A stretch of DNA of 64,000 nucleotides from the human T2T-CHM13v2.0 reference genome, Homo sapiens (GCF_009914755.1 NC_060939.1), one strand, 5' to 3'; shown: positions 13,908 to 28,737, counted from the stretch's first letter. Notes: generated from the letters alone by a model not told the origin. Numbers and translations are program-made.

Positions 13908-16284
13908 TCATAAAGGAGAAATTCTAGGGTGGAGGAGGGATGGGGGGAGTGGAAGACTCTAAAGGTGATTAGGGACTATGCTGAGGAGAAGCTGCATCTT
14001 ATGTGAGACTAGAGGAGGCCACCCCTGCAGTAGACTGGTGGCCTACACAGGCTGGTAGTAGCTGCAGCTTGGGTATGGGAATAAAGAGAGAGAAGTGAAT
14101 GCCAAGGTGAGGACGGGGCACCTGTCCTCATTTAGGAAAGTGAGCTAAAAAGCTAGATTTCCAGGGAGACAGGATTTCTGTGTGGGTCCAGGTAACCTAG
14201 ACAGCGCTGGGGAACCTCCAGGCAGATAATTTATAGGTCTGGGTATTCCTTATGGCATTCCAGGTCTACTGAACATGGTGCGTGGGTCCTTCTCTGGGCA
14301 ACTGTGGTATAACAGAGTGGAGAACCTGGCTCCAGAGCTCACAGGAGGTACCAAGTGAAGCCTGGGTTCTGAACACCTTACGGGGAAAGAAGTGTCACAC
14401 ACATACTCACACAGGAGGACACACACACTCAGGTATATTCACACCCACAGTCACATACACACTCAAGTGCACAAGGTCACCCTCTTTCCTTTGTTGTGCT
14501 GAGATTCCTAAGGGTGGGTTGGAGGGAAGGCAGGGGACAAACACTGCTGGCAGGCTGGTTTGGGACATCTGAAGTATAGAAATGAAAGGAGGAAAGAATA
14601 TTTGCAGCTTTCTGATATGTGAGCAGAGCTATGACAATCTCATTCCAGTCCAGCTCTCTACTTCTCCTAGTCTGCAATTGAACCTTTCACAGTGAATTAG
14701 TAATAATAGAATCAACAAAGGAAAGAGCTCTTCAAGTAGCACTGAATTGGCATTTAGTCCTCCTGAAAAGTGGAAAACACATTTTTGAGGCCAGATTTTT
14801 CATAGCCAGGAAGTCGTTTTAACCAAAGCAACAAGTCTAGTGACGTGTCATTTTTGACAATAAAATTTTGTATTTATTCTATTTCTGCAGTGTAATCTTT
14901 TCATCTTTGGATAAATATTTATCTTGTACTGGCTCTGTACCAGACCCTGTTCTGGATGCTAAGGATACGGTGGGGGTAAGGATGAGCCCAGCCCTCCTGG
15001 AGCTTACCCTTAGTGCAAGGTCAGGCGTGAGAGCAGAGAGGCTTTGCGTGCCCAGTAGGGCTGGGACCTTGTACTGAGCCCCTGTGGACTTTCTAGTTGT
15101 GCGGCCTCCCAGGTGATACTCCAGGAGACGCTACTGCGCCTGGCATCTGTCATCATTTGCAGAGAACGAGCCTGTAGCTGTGTGGGACTCAGGGAGGCCT
15201 CAGGACAGTGAGTAGTACAGCAGAGATCTGAATCCAGCACTGTCTGCTCGCAACCACCAGGCCATGCTCTTTCTTTCGCCCACCACCTCTCCCCCAGGAA
15301 AGAGCCAGCAGATCAGGATCTCCCTGCTACTCACACTGTGAAGACGGAAGCGAGAGAGAGCCACTTTGCGTGTGGCTGGCTTCAGAAGTCAGAACAGGCT
15401 GGGGAGGTTCCTAAGGTGAGTGCTAAAGTCCCAGTTCAACTTCCTTCATTATCATATGGCCTCCAAGTCTCCCTGTCCTGGGTTTTTCTGGTCAGCCAGC
15501 TCCATTCAACAAATGCGCTGATGTCAGCTGTGTGCTGGGCCCCAGGAATCCGGGAGTAAATGAACCAACATGTCCAGTGTGCATATGGAACAGAACACTG
15601 AGGGTTTGATAGAGTAAAAGCAGAAGCCAGAGGAGGCCTAAGGTCGGGGGACACTTAACTCTGACAGGCAAGTGTGCCCAGACTTAAACTAATGCCTTCT
15701 TCTCTTAAGGAAGCTCCCACAGGGAAGGGATTAGCCCCATCATGTCCATTGTACCTCAGTTCCCAGCACAGAAACTCGCATGTAGTAGATGCTCACCAAT
15801 ATTTGGGTAAATGACTCAAAAAAGCAAGGCTGGGATCACTGAACCTGCCTTCCCTCATGCTCTCAGTGACATGACCTGTAGTTCGTTTGCCCTACTTCGG
15901 GTGCCCCAGAGAGACACAGCAACCACCACCAATGCCATCACTTAGGGTCTTGTTATTAGTGACCTCAGAGGAGCAGGACCAGGCTACTCACAAGCCTGGT
16001 TCCAGAGGTGATTGGCAGCAAAGCTAATGAGGTTTCAGTTTCAGAGCCCCCCGTCTTGGGTGGGTTCTGCAAGGCTGAGGCATCCTCTGCTGAGCATGCA
16101 GGAGGAAGCAGCGGTTCAGCCATGCAGTGCGTCTGTAGCCTCTGCCCTGGTAATGCCAGCACCACCCCATATCCACAGGGCACCCTGATACCCCCCCAAG
16201 GGATGTCACTGAATGTGTGGGTCCTGCTTTTAAAGCCACAGGAAGGACTCTGAAGGAGATACTGTTATGACCCAGGCTTCACGA

Positions 16285-16679
16285 CGTTAAATCAAGTTTA
16301 GCCTAAAGCTGTCTCCTTACATATTTTAAGTTCAACCTAAAGTTTTTTTCTGTACATCATGAACTATAACAAGTGGAGGTGTAACCAGACCGTTGCCTGT
16401 GCCAATCACAGCGTTTAGGCCAATTAAATGTAGCCAACGTTTTGAATCATGTTCAAATAAGGCAAACACCTGAGCTGTAACCAATTCAGCTATTTCTTTA
16501 TCTCATTTCTGATTTCTGTATGTCACTTTCCTTTTTCTCCCCATAAATCTTCTTCCACCAGATGACTGCACTGGAGCTTCTGAGCCTACTCTGGCTTAGG
16601 AGGCTGGCTGATTCATGACTCATTAATTGCGCAGTTAGACTCCTTTAAATTTAATTTGGCTGAAGTTTTTCTTTTATCA
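16285..16679 (+). mobile_element. MER57-family ERV1 solo LTR
   Basis: gttaaatcaagtttagcctaaagctgtctccttacatattttaagttc ... aaatttaatttggctgaagtttttcttttatca. 4-bp TSD acga/acgg. Confidence 0.88.
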
Positions 16680-16889
16680 ACGGTCACCTGGCTCCAAGGG
16701 CTACCAGTCCAGCAGGTGCAGATGACAGTGGCCCTAGGCATAAAGCATCGGCTGAGCAAGAGACTGCTGAGGACATTTCAGGTGTGACATTATTAGTAAC
16801 AGGTCGTGGAGCTGCTTCCTCCAAACTACCATCATGAAACACAGTTTAAAAACCCATGCCTGAGGGAAGGCCGAATTATCTTTTTCTTT

Positions 16890-17445
<556 letters not shown>

Positions 17446-17519
17446 TCTGTATGGTTCATGGCATATGCTTATCATGGCTGTATCCATGGTCTATCTTTTC
17501 ATTTATGTATGCGCCACCT

Positions 17520-18470
<951 letters not shown>

Positions 18471-18489
18471 ACTACTCCACCGTAAAAAA

Positions 18490-20470
18490 GGGCTGGGGGA
18501 AGACCTCTATGAACTGATATGCAATTAATTCCAGAAAATATTTTTAAGTGACAATAATTTAGGTGCAAAAGGGCATATACAGTGGGCTACCTTTTGAGTA
18601 AGAAATGGAGAAATAGGAAAACATAGCCATGTCTGCTTACCTTTATATAAAAAAAAGACAGAGCAAAGATGAGCCAGAAAACAATGAAGCTGGTTACTTA
18701 CAAGTGTGGAGGGATGGGGCGGGAGGAATGTGAGAGAGAGTGACACCTCTCTGAGTATACCTTTTTGTATAGTTTTGACTTTTGGAAGCATGTAAATATT
18801 TTGTGTATTCAAAAAAATTAAATAAAATTTAAAAGAACGTAAAGGGGGAAGGTTTTTTCCCCTTCCCATTCTTTTTAACACACCAAGCTCAACTGTATTT
18901 AAATGAACTCAACTGTATTTCAGAAAAGTACCATAACCACACAGAAGGGAAAAAAGAAAAAATGAATCCAAGAGGCGTATGAATACAGTACTCAACTATG
19001 TAACTTCACACTTGGGTCGGAGGCAGCAGGGGTCGGAATTGCAGCTTGCTTTGTTCTAGTGCTATGGGCGAAGCAATTCTGAAACCCTTTTAGATGAATG
19101 TAGGATTGATTAAATAAGGGGATGGTGCTAGTTGGGAGATAGAATTTTCACTGTGAAAGAAGGGGCAGCTAAATACAGACTGAGGGAAGGCAAGAAAGAA
19201 TGGGGATAAATTGGAGTTGGAGGTATCAGTGTAAACTCATGATTTCTAGAATATGTCTATGTATGTGTACATGTATAGGTATGCACATGTAATGTGTATT
19301 TGTACATACGTGTGTGTGTACATATATATATATATATTATATGATTGTGTGTTTATGTTTCCTAGCTCTGTTTACTAAAAGGACCTAGAATCAAAGACAC
19401 CCTGGTAGTGGTGAGCACACCCAATGCCTAGATCTTGGTCTCTACTATTATTCCCCAATGAAAGAAACCAGGGCTGCTTGAAGAAATGACTGATTCTAGG
19501 GCTGGGTCAGGATAGGTACAAGATAAGCCTAAAACATCTTAGTATGCCAGAAAGGAAAGACTCACTCAAAAAATGATGGGAGCATGTTACAAGGACATAA
19601 GAACCAACTGGAAGGGATTTCCACTGGTCAAATCTAGGATAACTTGAACACTCAAATAATTTGGAATAACAGTGAATTATAAATTACTGAAAAGGTAGAA
19701 ATTTTAGAGTCTATAGCCATGATAAATAGATAAGTAGGTAAATACAAACAAACAGACACACATGGGAGAGGAGGGAGGGCTATCGCCAAGAATGTAGAAT
19801 GCTGCATGCTCTCTGGCAAATGTGGAGGGGATGTAGCCGTAAACATTGGAAGAGGCAAGTTTCAGCAATGGATACAAAAGCTTGTGGAAAATTTGGTGAT
19901 GAGTAAGATATTTTCATAGTCTAACATTCTCTCTCTATGTGTTGGTTGATAATTGCAAAGAAAAAATAACTTTTCTTTTTTTTTTGAGATGGATTTTCGC
20001 TCTTGTCACTCAGGCTGGAGAGCAATGGTGCTACCTTGGCTCACTACAACCTCCGCCTCCTGGGTTCAAGTGATTCTCCTGCCTCAGCCTCCCGAATAGC
20101 TGAGATTACAGGCGCCCACCACCACACCCAGCTGATTTTTGTATTTTTAGTAGAGACAGGGTTTCACCATGTTGGCCAGGATGGTCTTGAACTCTTGACC
20201 TCAAATGATCCACCTGCCTCGGCCTCCCAAAGTGCTGGGATTACAGCCGTGAGTCACTGCACCCAGCCTGAAAAAAATAACTTTTCAATGGAGAAGTTAT
20301 ATGACACCTAAACCAGGTGATCAAAATTAGTATCCTCAATAAAGGGCAGGTGACATAATATGTCTCCATATGTTTCCAGATGTGATATCCTGGGAAGGAC
20401 CTGACATTACTTATGTAACATTCCAGCCAGAAATGCATAACCTGAATCTACTCCTGAGGAAACAATAGGC
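18490..20470 (+). mobile_element. L1MC4-like long 3' UTR, interrupted by AluS
   Basis: gaagacctctatgaactgatatg; tttcctagctctg...ggacctagaatcaaagacaccc...agatcttggtctct...gaaccagggctgcttgaagaaatgactgattctagggctggg; aatgcataacctgaatcta. Confidence 0.8.
19976..20268 (-). mobile_element. AluSq/Sp-like
   Basis: Reverse full dimer (cgctcttgtc, gcaatgg). TSD aaaaaataacttttc on both sides. Confidence 0.94.
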
Positions 20471-20475
20471 AAGCC

Positions 20476-20660
20476 CTTCTGCTCCTCCTCATTCTTTCTC
20501 TTCTTCCTCCTCCTTCTCCCTCTTCTCCTCTTCTTCCTCCTCCTTCTCCCTCTTCTCCTCTTCTTCAACTTCTTCCTCATCCTCTTCTTCCTCCCCCCCT
20601 TCTTATTCTCCTCCTTCTCCTTCTGTTTCTCCTACCCTCTCTCCATCTCTGTCTCTCTTA
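20476..20660 (+). repeat. CT-rich low-complexity tract, (CTT/CCT)n
   Basis: Nearly pure pyrimidine; includes a perfect 30-bp tandem duplication at 20501-20560. Confidence 0.92.
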
Positions 20661-20669
20661 CTACACATT

Positions 20670-22960
20670 TTTCTACTGTATTTCTTTTTTTAAAGAATTG
20701 ACTTTGTCTTTGTTGATCTCTAGGGTATTCATCTTCTATTTCATGAATTTTCACTTTTATTTTTATTAACTCCTTCCTTCTAGTCTCTTTCAGTTTATTC
20801 TTTTGTTGTTTTTCCCACTTCTTACACTGGACACTCAGCTCTAATTTTCAGCTCCTGGGTTCAAAAGTAAATCTGTAATAGAAATTTAAAAATCCTTCAA
20901 AATGAATGATAATGTATATATAATGTTTAATTATATGTAAAAATTAAATTCATAATTTAAAAAACTTCCAAGAAGAAATCTCCAGGATAGATGGTTTTAC
21001 TGGAGAATTCTACCAAAACTTTAAAGAAGAATTAGCACCAATTCTTCCCAATTGTAGATCTAGACAAGATTATTTGAAAATTTATGTAGAAAGGTAAAGG
21101 AACTAGAATAGCTAAAACAATTTTGAAAAAGTAAATGGGGAGAAATCAGTCCGCCCAAGTTCAAAAAACTTACACCATAGCTACGGTAATCAAGGTTGTG
21201 TAGTATTGTTGGAGGGATAAACACATAGATTAATAAAACAGAATAGAGAACTCAGAAGTAGACCCACACAAATAGATGCAACTGATTTTTGACAAAGGTG
21301 CAAAAATTCGATAAAGAATCACGTTTTCAACAAATGATGCTGGGGTGATTGAATATCTATAGGCCAAATAAAATGAACCTTGATATAAACCTCACACCTT
21401 ATACAAAAATTGCAGACTTAAATGCAAAGCATAAAATTATAGAACTTTTAGAAAAAAAGCATAGGGGGAAATCTTTGTGATCTAGGGCTAAAAAAAAGTG
21501 TCCCTAGATTTGACACCAAAAGCATGATCCATAAAAAGGAAAATGTATAATTTGTACTGACGTAGTCTGGATGTCCCCTCCAGATCTCATGTTGAGGTGT
21601 ACTCCCCAGTGTTGGAGGTGGGGCCTGGTGGGGGATGTTTGGGTTGTGGGGGCAGATCCTTCATGGCTTGGTGCTGTCCTCATCATAGTGAGTGAGTTCT
21701 CATGAGATCTGGTCATGTAAGAGTGTGTGGCACCCCCTCCCTCCTTGCTCCTGGTTTCTCCATGTGAAGTGCCTGCTCCTACTTCACCTTCCACCATGAG
21801 GAAAAGCTTCCTGGACCCTCTCTGGAAACAGATGCTGGCATCATGCATCCTGTATAGCTTGCAGAATCATGAGACAATTAAACTTCTCTTCTTATAAATT
21901 ATCCGTCTCAGATATTTGCATAGCAACATAAGAATGGCCTAATACATAGACCTCATCAAAATTAAAAACTTTTACTCTGAAAAATACCCTGCTAAGTGGA
22001 TGAAAAACTAAAGACTGGGAGAAAATACTTGCAAACCACATAACTGACAAAGGACTAGTATCTGGAATAAAGTCCTCAAAACTCAACAGTAAAATACTCA
22101 AACAATCCAATTAGGAAAAGGGCAAAAATGTGCACAGACATTTCACCAAAGGAGACATACAGATGGCAAAGAGGCACATCATCATTAGCCATTAAGGTAA
22201 CTCAGCTAAAACTACAATGAGATATCACTACTCAGCTTTCAGAATGGCTAACCTAGAAAGTGTTAGTGCTGAGAAACTGGATCATGCATACAAACCTGGT
22301 GAGAATGAAAAAATGGCACAGCCATTCTGAAAAACGGTTTGGCGGTTTCTTTAAAAATTAAGCATGCAACTACATATGACCCAGCAATTGCACTCCTGTG
22401 CATTTATCCCAGAGAAATGAAGACTTGTGTTCACATGAAAACTATACATGCATGTTTACAGCAGTTTTATATGTAATAGCTCCAAGCTGGAAACAATCCA
22501 GATGTCCTTTAACAGGTGAATGAATAGTTAAACAAACTGTGGTACATCCAGATCATGGGATACTATTCAGCAAGAAAAAGGAATGAACTATTGATACACG
22601 CAGCAACTGGCTGAATACCCAGAGAATTCACAGAGTGAAAAAAAGTCAATACCAAAAGGTGATAGACCATATGATTCCACTTATATAACACTCTTTAAAT
22701 GACAAAATTATAGAAATGGAGAACATAAGATTCTCTAGTGGTTTCCAGGGGTTAAGGAAGAGGCGGGGATAGGAAAGAAGTGGGTGTGGCTCTAAAAGAG
22801 CATCATGGGAGATCCTTGTGGTGGGAAACATTTTGACTATACCAATGCCAATTTCCTGGCTGTGATCGCATACCATAGTTACCAACAGGGGAAACTGAGT
22901 AAAGGATACCTGGGCTCTCCCAGTATTGTTTCTTAGAATTGCATATGAATCTACAATCAG
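20670..22960 (+). mobile_element. L1MC/L1MD-type element (short minus-strand piece 20670-20850, then ORF2 end and 3' UTR on plus), interrupted by an MST LTR
   Basis: gatggttttactggagaattctaccaaa; caactgatttttgacaaaggtgcaaa; 3' UTR gtgggtgtggctctaaaagagcatcatgggagatccttgtggtg...gcatatgaatctacaat. Confidence 0.82.
21558..21946 (+). mobile_element. MSTB-like MaLR solo LTR
   Basis: tgacgtagtctggatgtcccctccagatctcatgttga...ccccagtgttggaggtggggcctggtgg ... agaatggcctaataca; the L1 resumes in register afterwards. Confidence 0.9.
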
Positions 22961-23119
22961 TCTGCATGTCTTGCAGTTTTCTGGGGATGGAGAAAAAGAG
23001 AGTGTTGGTCAAAGTGAGTTGAAAGGTTAAAGATGTCCTATAAATTTAGTGGATGTCATGGCTGCTGATGTTGACCATGGTCATTGAGATGCCCCTGGTA
23101 CTGGCTAGGTGCTGTGGAT

Positions 23120-23250
23120 CACAGCTGTGGTATAATGAAACCAACCCTCAGCATCAAGACAGAGCACCTGGGTTCAAATCTCAACTTTACCACTTACTAA
23201 TTCCTTGGCCTTTGGTAAGTCACTTCTAACTCAGTGCCCTGGTCTTCCCT
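23120..23250 (+). mobile_element. MIR
   Basis: acctgggttcaaatctcaactttaccacttact...ggcctttggtaagtcactt. Confidence 0.7.
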
Positions 23251-23254
23251 ATTC

Positions 23255-23715
23255 CTCTCCTCCACTCCCTGTGATTCAGACAGGGCTGACCTGTCCTTGC
23301 TGGCCAGGTATGGGCATAGTTCTGTGGTCTGGCCATTCAGGGACTCATCAATCTAGCCAGAATAACTGATTCTGGTATCAGGATGTGATCAAGGCAAGAT
23401 TAATTAGAGTCTTCCTCGAGCTGCCTCCTCCTCTTCCTCCTTCCTTCCCAAGAGCCATAAGAAAGGGCACCTTCCTTTCCTCTGGAAACACAGACCCTAA
23501 GAATTACAAGGAACTCCCTAGAATCTTCTTCCTCAGCCACCTGGAAGAAGCAGTAACTTGAAATTGTTAGAGTTCCTAACTCTATCCTCAAGGCAAAGGC
23601 CTATCCTCTATCCAGAGGCCTCAAGGCAAATACTGAAATGAATAGCCTTTTTCTACTTATTCTAATTTGAAAGAGGTTTCTGTCACTGGCACTTGAAAAA
23701 GTCATGATTATTACT
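23255..23715 (+). mobile_element. Old MaLR LTR (MLT1K/L-like)
   Basis: 3' end ttctaatttgaaagaggtttctgtcactggcacttgaaaaagtcatgattattac resembles the MLT1K/L terminus. Confidence 0.5.
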
Positions 23716-23767
23716 TCCTTTAACCACGTTGAGTCTGTTGTGTTATCTCTAAAATAAGTGTTCTAAA

Positions 23768-24153
23768 ATAAGTGGGGTTCTACCAGGAGTAGACCTGGAG
23801 CCAGCATTCAGGTGCCATGGATTGGCCCAGGGTGTGCTCCCATGGAGGACTGCCGAGGAAGTGGGTGAGGCAGGATCGGCTAGGGGAAGAAGCCAAGCAA
23901 GGGTTCCAGGGCAGGTGAAGTCCCGTGCTCAGCCTGTTCCCAGGGGGAGCTCTGAGATGGCAGGCATTGGCTATGGAGTTTGGGTGGATGGAGATCAATC
24001 CTTCCTATGTCCAGGTCTCCCTGTGGTGAGGCTGTTCCAGTGTCCAAGAATATTGCTCTGAAGGTCACAGTTGCTGCCATTAGCAGTAAAGCTCCAAAAA
24101 GCCAGAGGGTGAGATCTGAGGGAGTCTGGGCGGGAATCGACCATATCCACTAA
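23768..24153 (-). mobile_element. ERVL LTR (LTR16/LTR33 group)
   Basis: gaggcaggatcggctaggggaagaagccaagcaagg...ctcagcctgttcccagggggagctctg...gatctgagggagtctggg. Confidence 0.6.
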
Positions 24154-24679
24154 TGAGGTTGGATGGAACCTTGAGGCTGGGTGCATTTTCTAGGAAGGAG
24201 GAGGAGGACATTTCAGAATCCTGGACTGAAAATACTGTGGGACGGATTCACAGCTGCCCGAGCTGCCACTCTTGTGTTCTTATTTCTTATATTCCTAGCA
24301 AAACACAGATAAAAATCCAGAGCATGTTGGAATGTCACCCACCTTCCCACAACCCCCCTCGGCCCCCCACCACACACGAAAATGAAATACTTTTAGCTGT
24401 GCTCATTTGCTGTCTGTCTTTCCAGACAGGGTTGCATAAGAAGGGGCCGTTTTCCTCTCCACAGGATTGCAGGGGGACGGGTAAGCTGCACACGCGGATG
24501 GTAAAGCCATTTACGCTTGGAGAAGCAGCCAGTGTGGCTCAAAGGAGTTGGCAGGTCCCAAACCTCATAAAGGGAAAAGCTGAGGCGTGCCAGGGAGGCG
24601 AGCTGACTTCATACGGGGGCTGATTTACTGCGAGGAATAACACACGAGCCCTCCCACTGCTCCTGCCTTTTTGGAATTT

Positions 24680-25205
24680 TGAAATCACAAAATGTTACAG
24701 CTGCAAGAAGGCCTTTTGAGAGGAGAGCATCTGGCCCAAACTGGTCATTATAAAGATGAGAAAACTGAGGTCTTAGCATGGGGCAGGGAAAGGGACTAAT
24801 ATTTGTAAGGCAGAGGTACCACTAGGCCAGGGCACTGTGCTGGGCACCTCTCCCAGATTGTTCCATTCCCCACGTTGTTCCACATTAGCCCCACTGTGGG
24901 GTGCGATCATGAATGCCTTGTTTTCATAAACAAGGATACAAACTCAGAGGCATAACAGAGCTTTCCCTGAGTCACACAGCTAAGCAGGGAGCTGAGATGA
25001 GAACGCTTGTTTTTCTCAGTCTTCAGGGTGAGTTGGAGATCAACTGTCTAGCCAGCCGGGAAAGAGCCTGTGCCTGCAGCTTTCACTGACATGTCAGTGC
25101 CACAAGGGCAGGGCAATATCTCTTTGTTCCTTGCTCTATTCCAGTGCTTAGAATGGAGGCTGATACATAGTAGGTGCCCAATAAACATCTGTTGCATGAA
25201 CGAAG
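24680..25205. mobile_element. MIR fragments (24680-25010, minus) and L2 3' end (25085-25205, plus)
   Basis: agatgagaaaactgagg; agggcactgtgctgggc; ccagtgcttagaatggaggctgatacatagtaggtgcccaataaacatctgttgcatgaa. Confidence 0.7.
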
Positions 25206-26362
25206 AAACAAGCAAGCAAGCATTTATTATGCTCCACCTCCATGCAGTGACTTGTCTTCATGGAAGATGAAATAGTCCTGGTCCTTGGGGTGCTCTCACT
25301 TGAGTTGACCGGACAGGTTGTACACAGGCAAATGCTGGAAAATGGCCCCAGGTGACACAGGCACACATACGAGCCAGGGGTTGTCCAGTTGGGTCTGGGT
25401 TCAGGGCAGCTTTGAGGGGATGTATTTCACCAGTGCTCCACCCCCTCCATTCCCACTGTGCTCTGGCAGAAAGGAAACTTGGTCTTCCCAACCAGGGTCT
25501 TGACCTGAAAAAGACTTCTGATTCCCCATGTCCAGGTCTCACTAGCCTTCAACGCTTAGCTTCAGTGCCATCTCCCACAGGGATCCTTCCCTCATTCCTT
25601 CCGCTGGCAGGGATTTCTTCCACCTCTGAGCTCCTGTAACACTCGACCAGTACCTCTCTTGTGACACAGGCCTTATCTTCTTTACTGACCCTAGGGTGGG
25701 TATCTGGTTCACTGCAGTAGTCCCAAACGCCTAACAGAGAACCTTGACAAACTTGTGCTCCCCAAATGTATGAGTTGAGTGAGTGAATGGAGGAAAGGAT
25801 GGAGAAGTGGGTACCAGACAGAGTTGCCTGGTGCTTTTTGGTGTGGGTGGTTGTCTTCATGATACAATTGGAGGAACACAGAAGCCCACTCCCCTGATCA
25901 AATACCCCCCAGAGTGGTGCTAACCCCTTGCACCTGCTATTAGCCATTTACTGCTTTGAGTTAAGGTAGGGGTAGAGAACCTCTGTCCCCCTGGCTAAAT
26001 GAAGCCTTGCCTTAATTTCAACTCATGTATGGAGCAAGAAGCAACAAGCACATTCTTATTTGGTGCTTATAGTTGCAAAAAAGGTGACATGGCTATAAAC
26101 ACCTTGGTATAATGGCCTGGAAAAGTGATTTTCAAATTGTGTTCTGAGCCACCCCTGTTTATAGGGTTCCATAAACAGCTTGCTTTTATCTCCCTTATTG
26201 GTTTTATGTTTTTCCCATTCAATTTGTTTGAAGAAATTTTACAGTAAGAAGTTTATGGATTCCCAAGATGAAAACATCCCACCCTGTGTCCCCTTCTGCC
26301 TGTCTTTCTCTATGTATCTGGGTCCCCCCAGCCACCCTGGGAGCCTGGACCTGTGTAGGTGG

Positions 26363-26674
26363 TGAGACAGCCAGGTGGGAAGGGGTCCCCAAAGAAACTC
26401 CAGCACTGGGGTAGAGCCTCAGGAAGTTTGCACCGTTTGCAGCGGGGAGGAGCCTGGCCCCTCCTTTTCCTGTGTGGAATCTGGGATCCAAGCTGCCTGC
26501 AGGAAGCGCTCCAGCAAGGGGCTCTGGTCTAGTGAGAGTCCTTGTTTCCCCCTTTTCTTCCTTTTCACCCAATAAAACCCTGTCTTACTCACCAAATTGT
26601 CTGCAAGCCTGAATTTTCATGGCCATGGGACAAAGAACCCCGTCTTTAGCTGAACTAAGGAAAATCCTATAAGA
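26363..26674 (+). mobile_element. MER61-family ERV1 solo LTR
   Basis: tgagacagccaggtgggaaggggtcccc ... tttgcagcggggaggagcctggcccctcc ... cccaataaaaccctg ... gtctttagctgaactaagg. 4-bp TSD gtgg/gtag. Confidence 0.88.
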
Positions 26675-27454
26675 GTAGCATTCAGGAGATAACCTCAGGC
26701 TTCATGTTGCCCTCTCACCAGATTGCAAGCTTCCAGAGGACAGGAGCCGACCTTATGCATCACACGTGCTCCAGCACTGGGCACACTGCCTGGCACCCAG
26801 TGGCTGTTGGGTGTTTCTTCTTTAGTTTTTTTTTACACAAAAGGGGGAAATAGAATGGATGGATGAGATGGTTTGAGGTATTGGTGCAATTGTTGCTAGA
26901 CATTTGACAGATATATCTGGAACACTGTGGAGAAATGGCTGTGGGAATTTAGAAAACCCAATCAATGGAGGCTGGTGGGGGACCGGGGGGATAGCCGTTC
27001 GGTCTAATGCTAGCCCAGCACAAGACCAAGGGCAGGCCCCTGGAGAGGCCGATCTCCATTTCTTGCCTCCTGAGGGTCCTGGTGCACATGCATGGGGACA
27101 TGTCGGCTTTCATGTTCCAGTCTGTCCACACCCCTCCAGAAAGCACCCACCTCTTGGCCTCCTTTAGGGCCCAGGGATATGTGCCCTCTTTAGGAGGAGT
27201 GGTTCTGGAGAGAACTCTCTGGAAATGGGCTTGTGGACATTTGACCAGGGAATTTGGGAGTCCCAGGAACTGGAAGTGTGGCCAGAGGGGAGGGGTGGGG
27301 GCCCCAGGTAGGGACATCCCTTTGGGCCTGGGAGCACCTCAATCTCTCTGGAAAGATGCAGTCAGAGGAGGGCCAGCGTAGGAGCCATGCAGGAATCCTG
27401 AGGGCCAGGTCTAAGGGGTGAATGCCAGCGCGGAAGAAAGGGTTAAATGCCACA

Positions 27455-27800
27455 GGAAATAAACATAGTCACTATTTGACCCATCTGGAACCATTTCTAC
27501 ACATAGTAACGGAAATGTGCTTACTGATTTAATTAAAATGTGTGCTTTTGGAAATATGGGAATAAAGAAAGTGGGAGAGTCACAGGTAAAGTGTTAAATC
27601 CCAGACTACCAGGACAGGAGGTTAAGAGATTCTGTAAAAACAAGCAATTCAAGTAATAACATTATAAATACATACATATTTATTTTTAAAAACTTGGAAA
27701 TCGAAACCAGAAGAAAGAGCTAAAAGAATTGAAAGTTGGTGCCATTAGGGAAGGAACCAATGATGGAGGCAGGAGATGACAGTTTTTCATGAATTTTCGT
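27455..27800 (+). mobile_element. L1MC5/L1MC4a-like 3' end
   Basis: aaccagaagaaagagctaaaagaattgaaagttggtgcc...gacagtttttcat. Confidence 0.6.
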
Positions 27801-27816
27801 AAAAGAGAAGATATCA

Positions 27817-27985
27817 GCCAGGTATGGTGGCTTATGACTAGTCTCAGCTACTCAGGAGGCTGAAGTGGGAGGATTGATTAAGCCCAGGAGTTCGAGGTTT
27901 CAGTGAGCTGTGATTACTCCACTGCACTCTAGCCAAAGAGTGAGACCCCAGCTCTAAAACCAATTAAAATAGAAAAAAAAAATAG
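27817..27985 (+). mobile_element. Alu right monomer (FRAM-like)
   Basis: agccaggtatggtggc...cagctactcaggaggctgaagtgggaggatt...cagtgagctgtgatt, then an A-rich tail. Confidence 0.85.
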
Positions 27986-28042
27986 AAGAAAATATCCATG
28001 TATATCTTTACGTAGAAGTTTGGTACTCACTATTTGTTACAG

Positions 28043-28586
28043 CTATATTCTGATTATCTTTTGTTGTAAAACAAATTACAAAACATAGTGGCTTGAACCA
28101 TTGCCTTTTAATTATATCTCATTGTTCTGTGGGCCAAGAAATTCAGGCAGAGTTCAAATCAGCAGTTCTGTGTTCGGCGTGAAGTTGGCAGAGGTTACTC
28201 AGTAGCAGTCAGCCGGGTGATGGGCTATCAGCAGGTCTAGGATGGTCTCATTCACATATGCATCTGACACCTTGGCAGGGCAAGTTGGCAGACTGGGCTC
28301 AGTTTGGACTGTTGGTCTGAGCATCTACAAATGCCCTTTCCAGTACTGGAGGTCTCAAGGACATTCAATATAGGAAGGACTTCTTCTATCATGGCTCAGG
28401 GCTCCCAGAGACAGTGAGGGCCAGGTGAAATTCTCAAGGCTTCTTATGGCTTAGCCTCAGAAGCCCCAGTCCATCACTTCTACCATGTTCTGCTCAAGCA
28501 GGTCCCTAAAGCCTGTCCAGCTGCAAGAAGAGAGGAATTTGACCCAGAGCAGTAGCAAATAATTGGTGGCATCTTTAATTTCCACA
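28043..28586 (-). mobile_element. MLT1H-like MaLR LTR
   Basis: aacaaattacaaaacatagtggcttgaac...ttctgtgggccaagaaattcaggcag...gcctcagaagccccagtccatcacttctaccatgttctg. Confidence 0.7.
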
Positions 28587-28737
28587 TCTACCTTGCTCCT
28601 TCTAAGGATTTGAGGTAGTTTATATTATTTTTTAAGCAATAAAATAATTAAAAATGTTTTTACAATATTAGGAATTTAGAAAATGTGTTCTGGCCCCTGC
28701 ATATCTTTTTGTCTGTTCTTGTTTATGTCACTGATTA

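Noticed and set aside
26363-26674. p53 response element in the MER61 LTR
   Set aside because: Some MER61 subfamilies carry p53 sites, but I see no paired RRRCWWGYYY decamers in this copy
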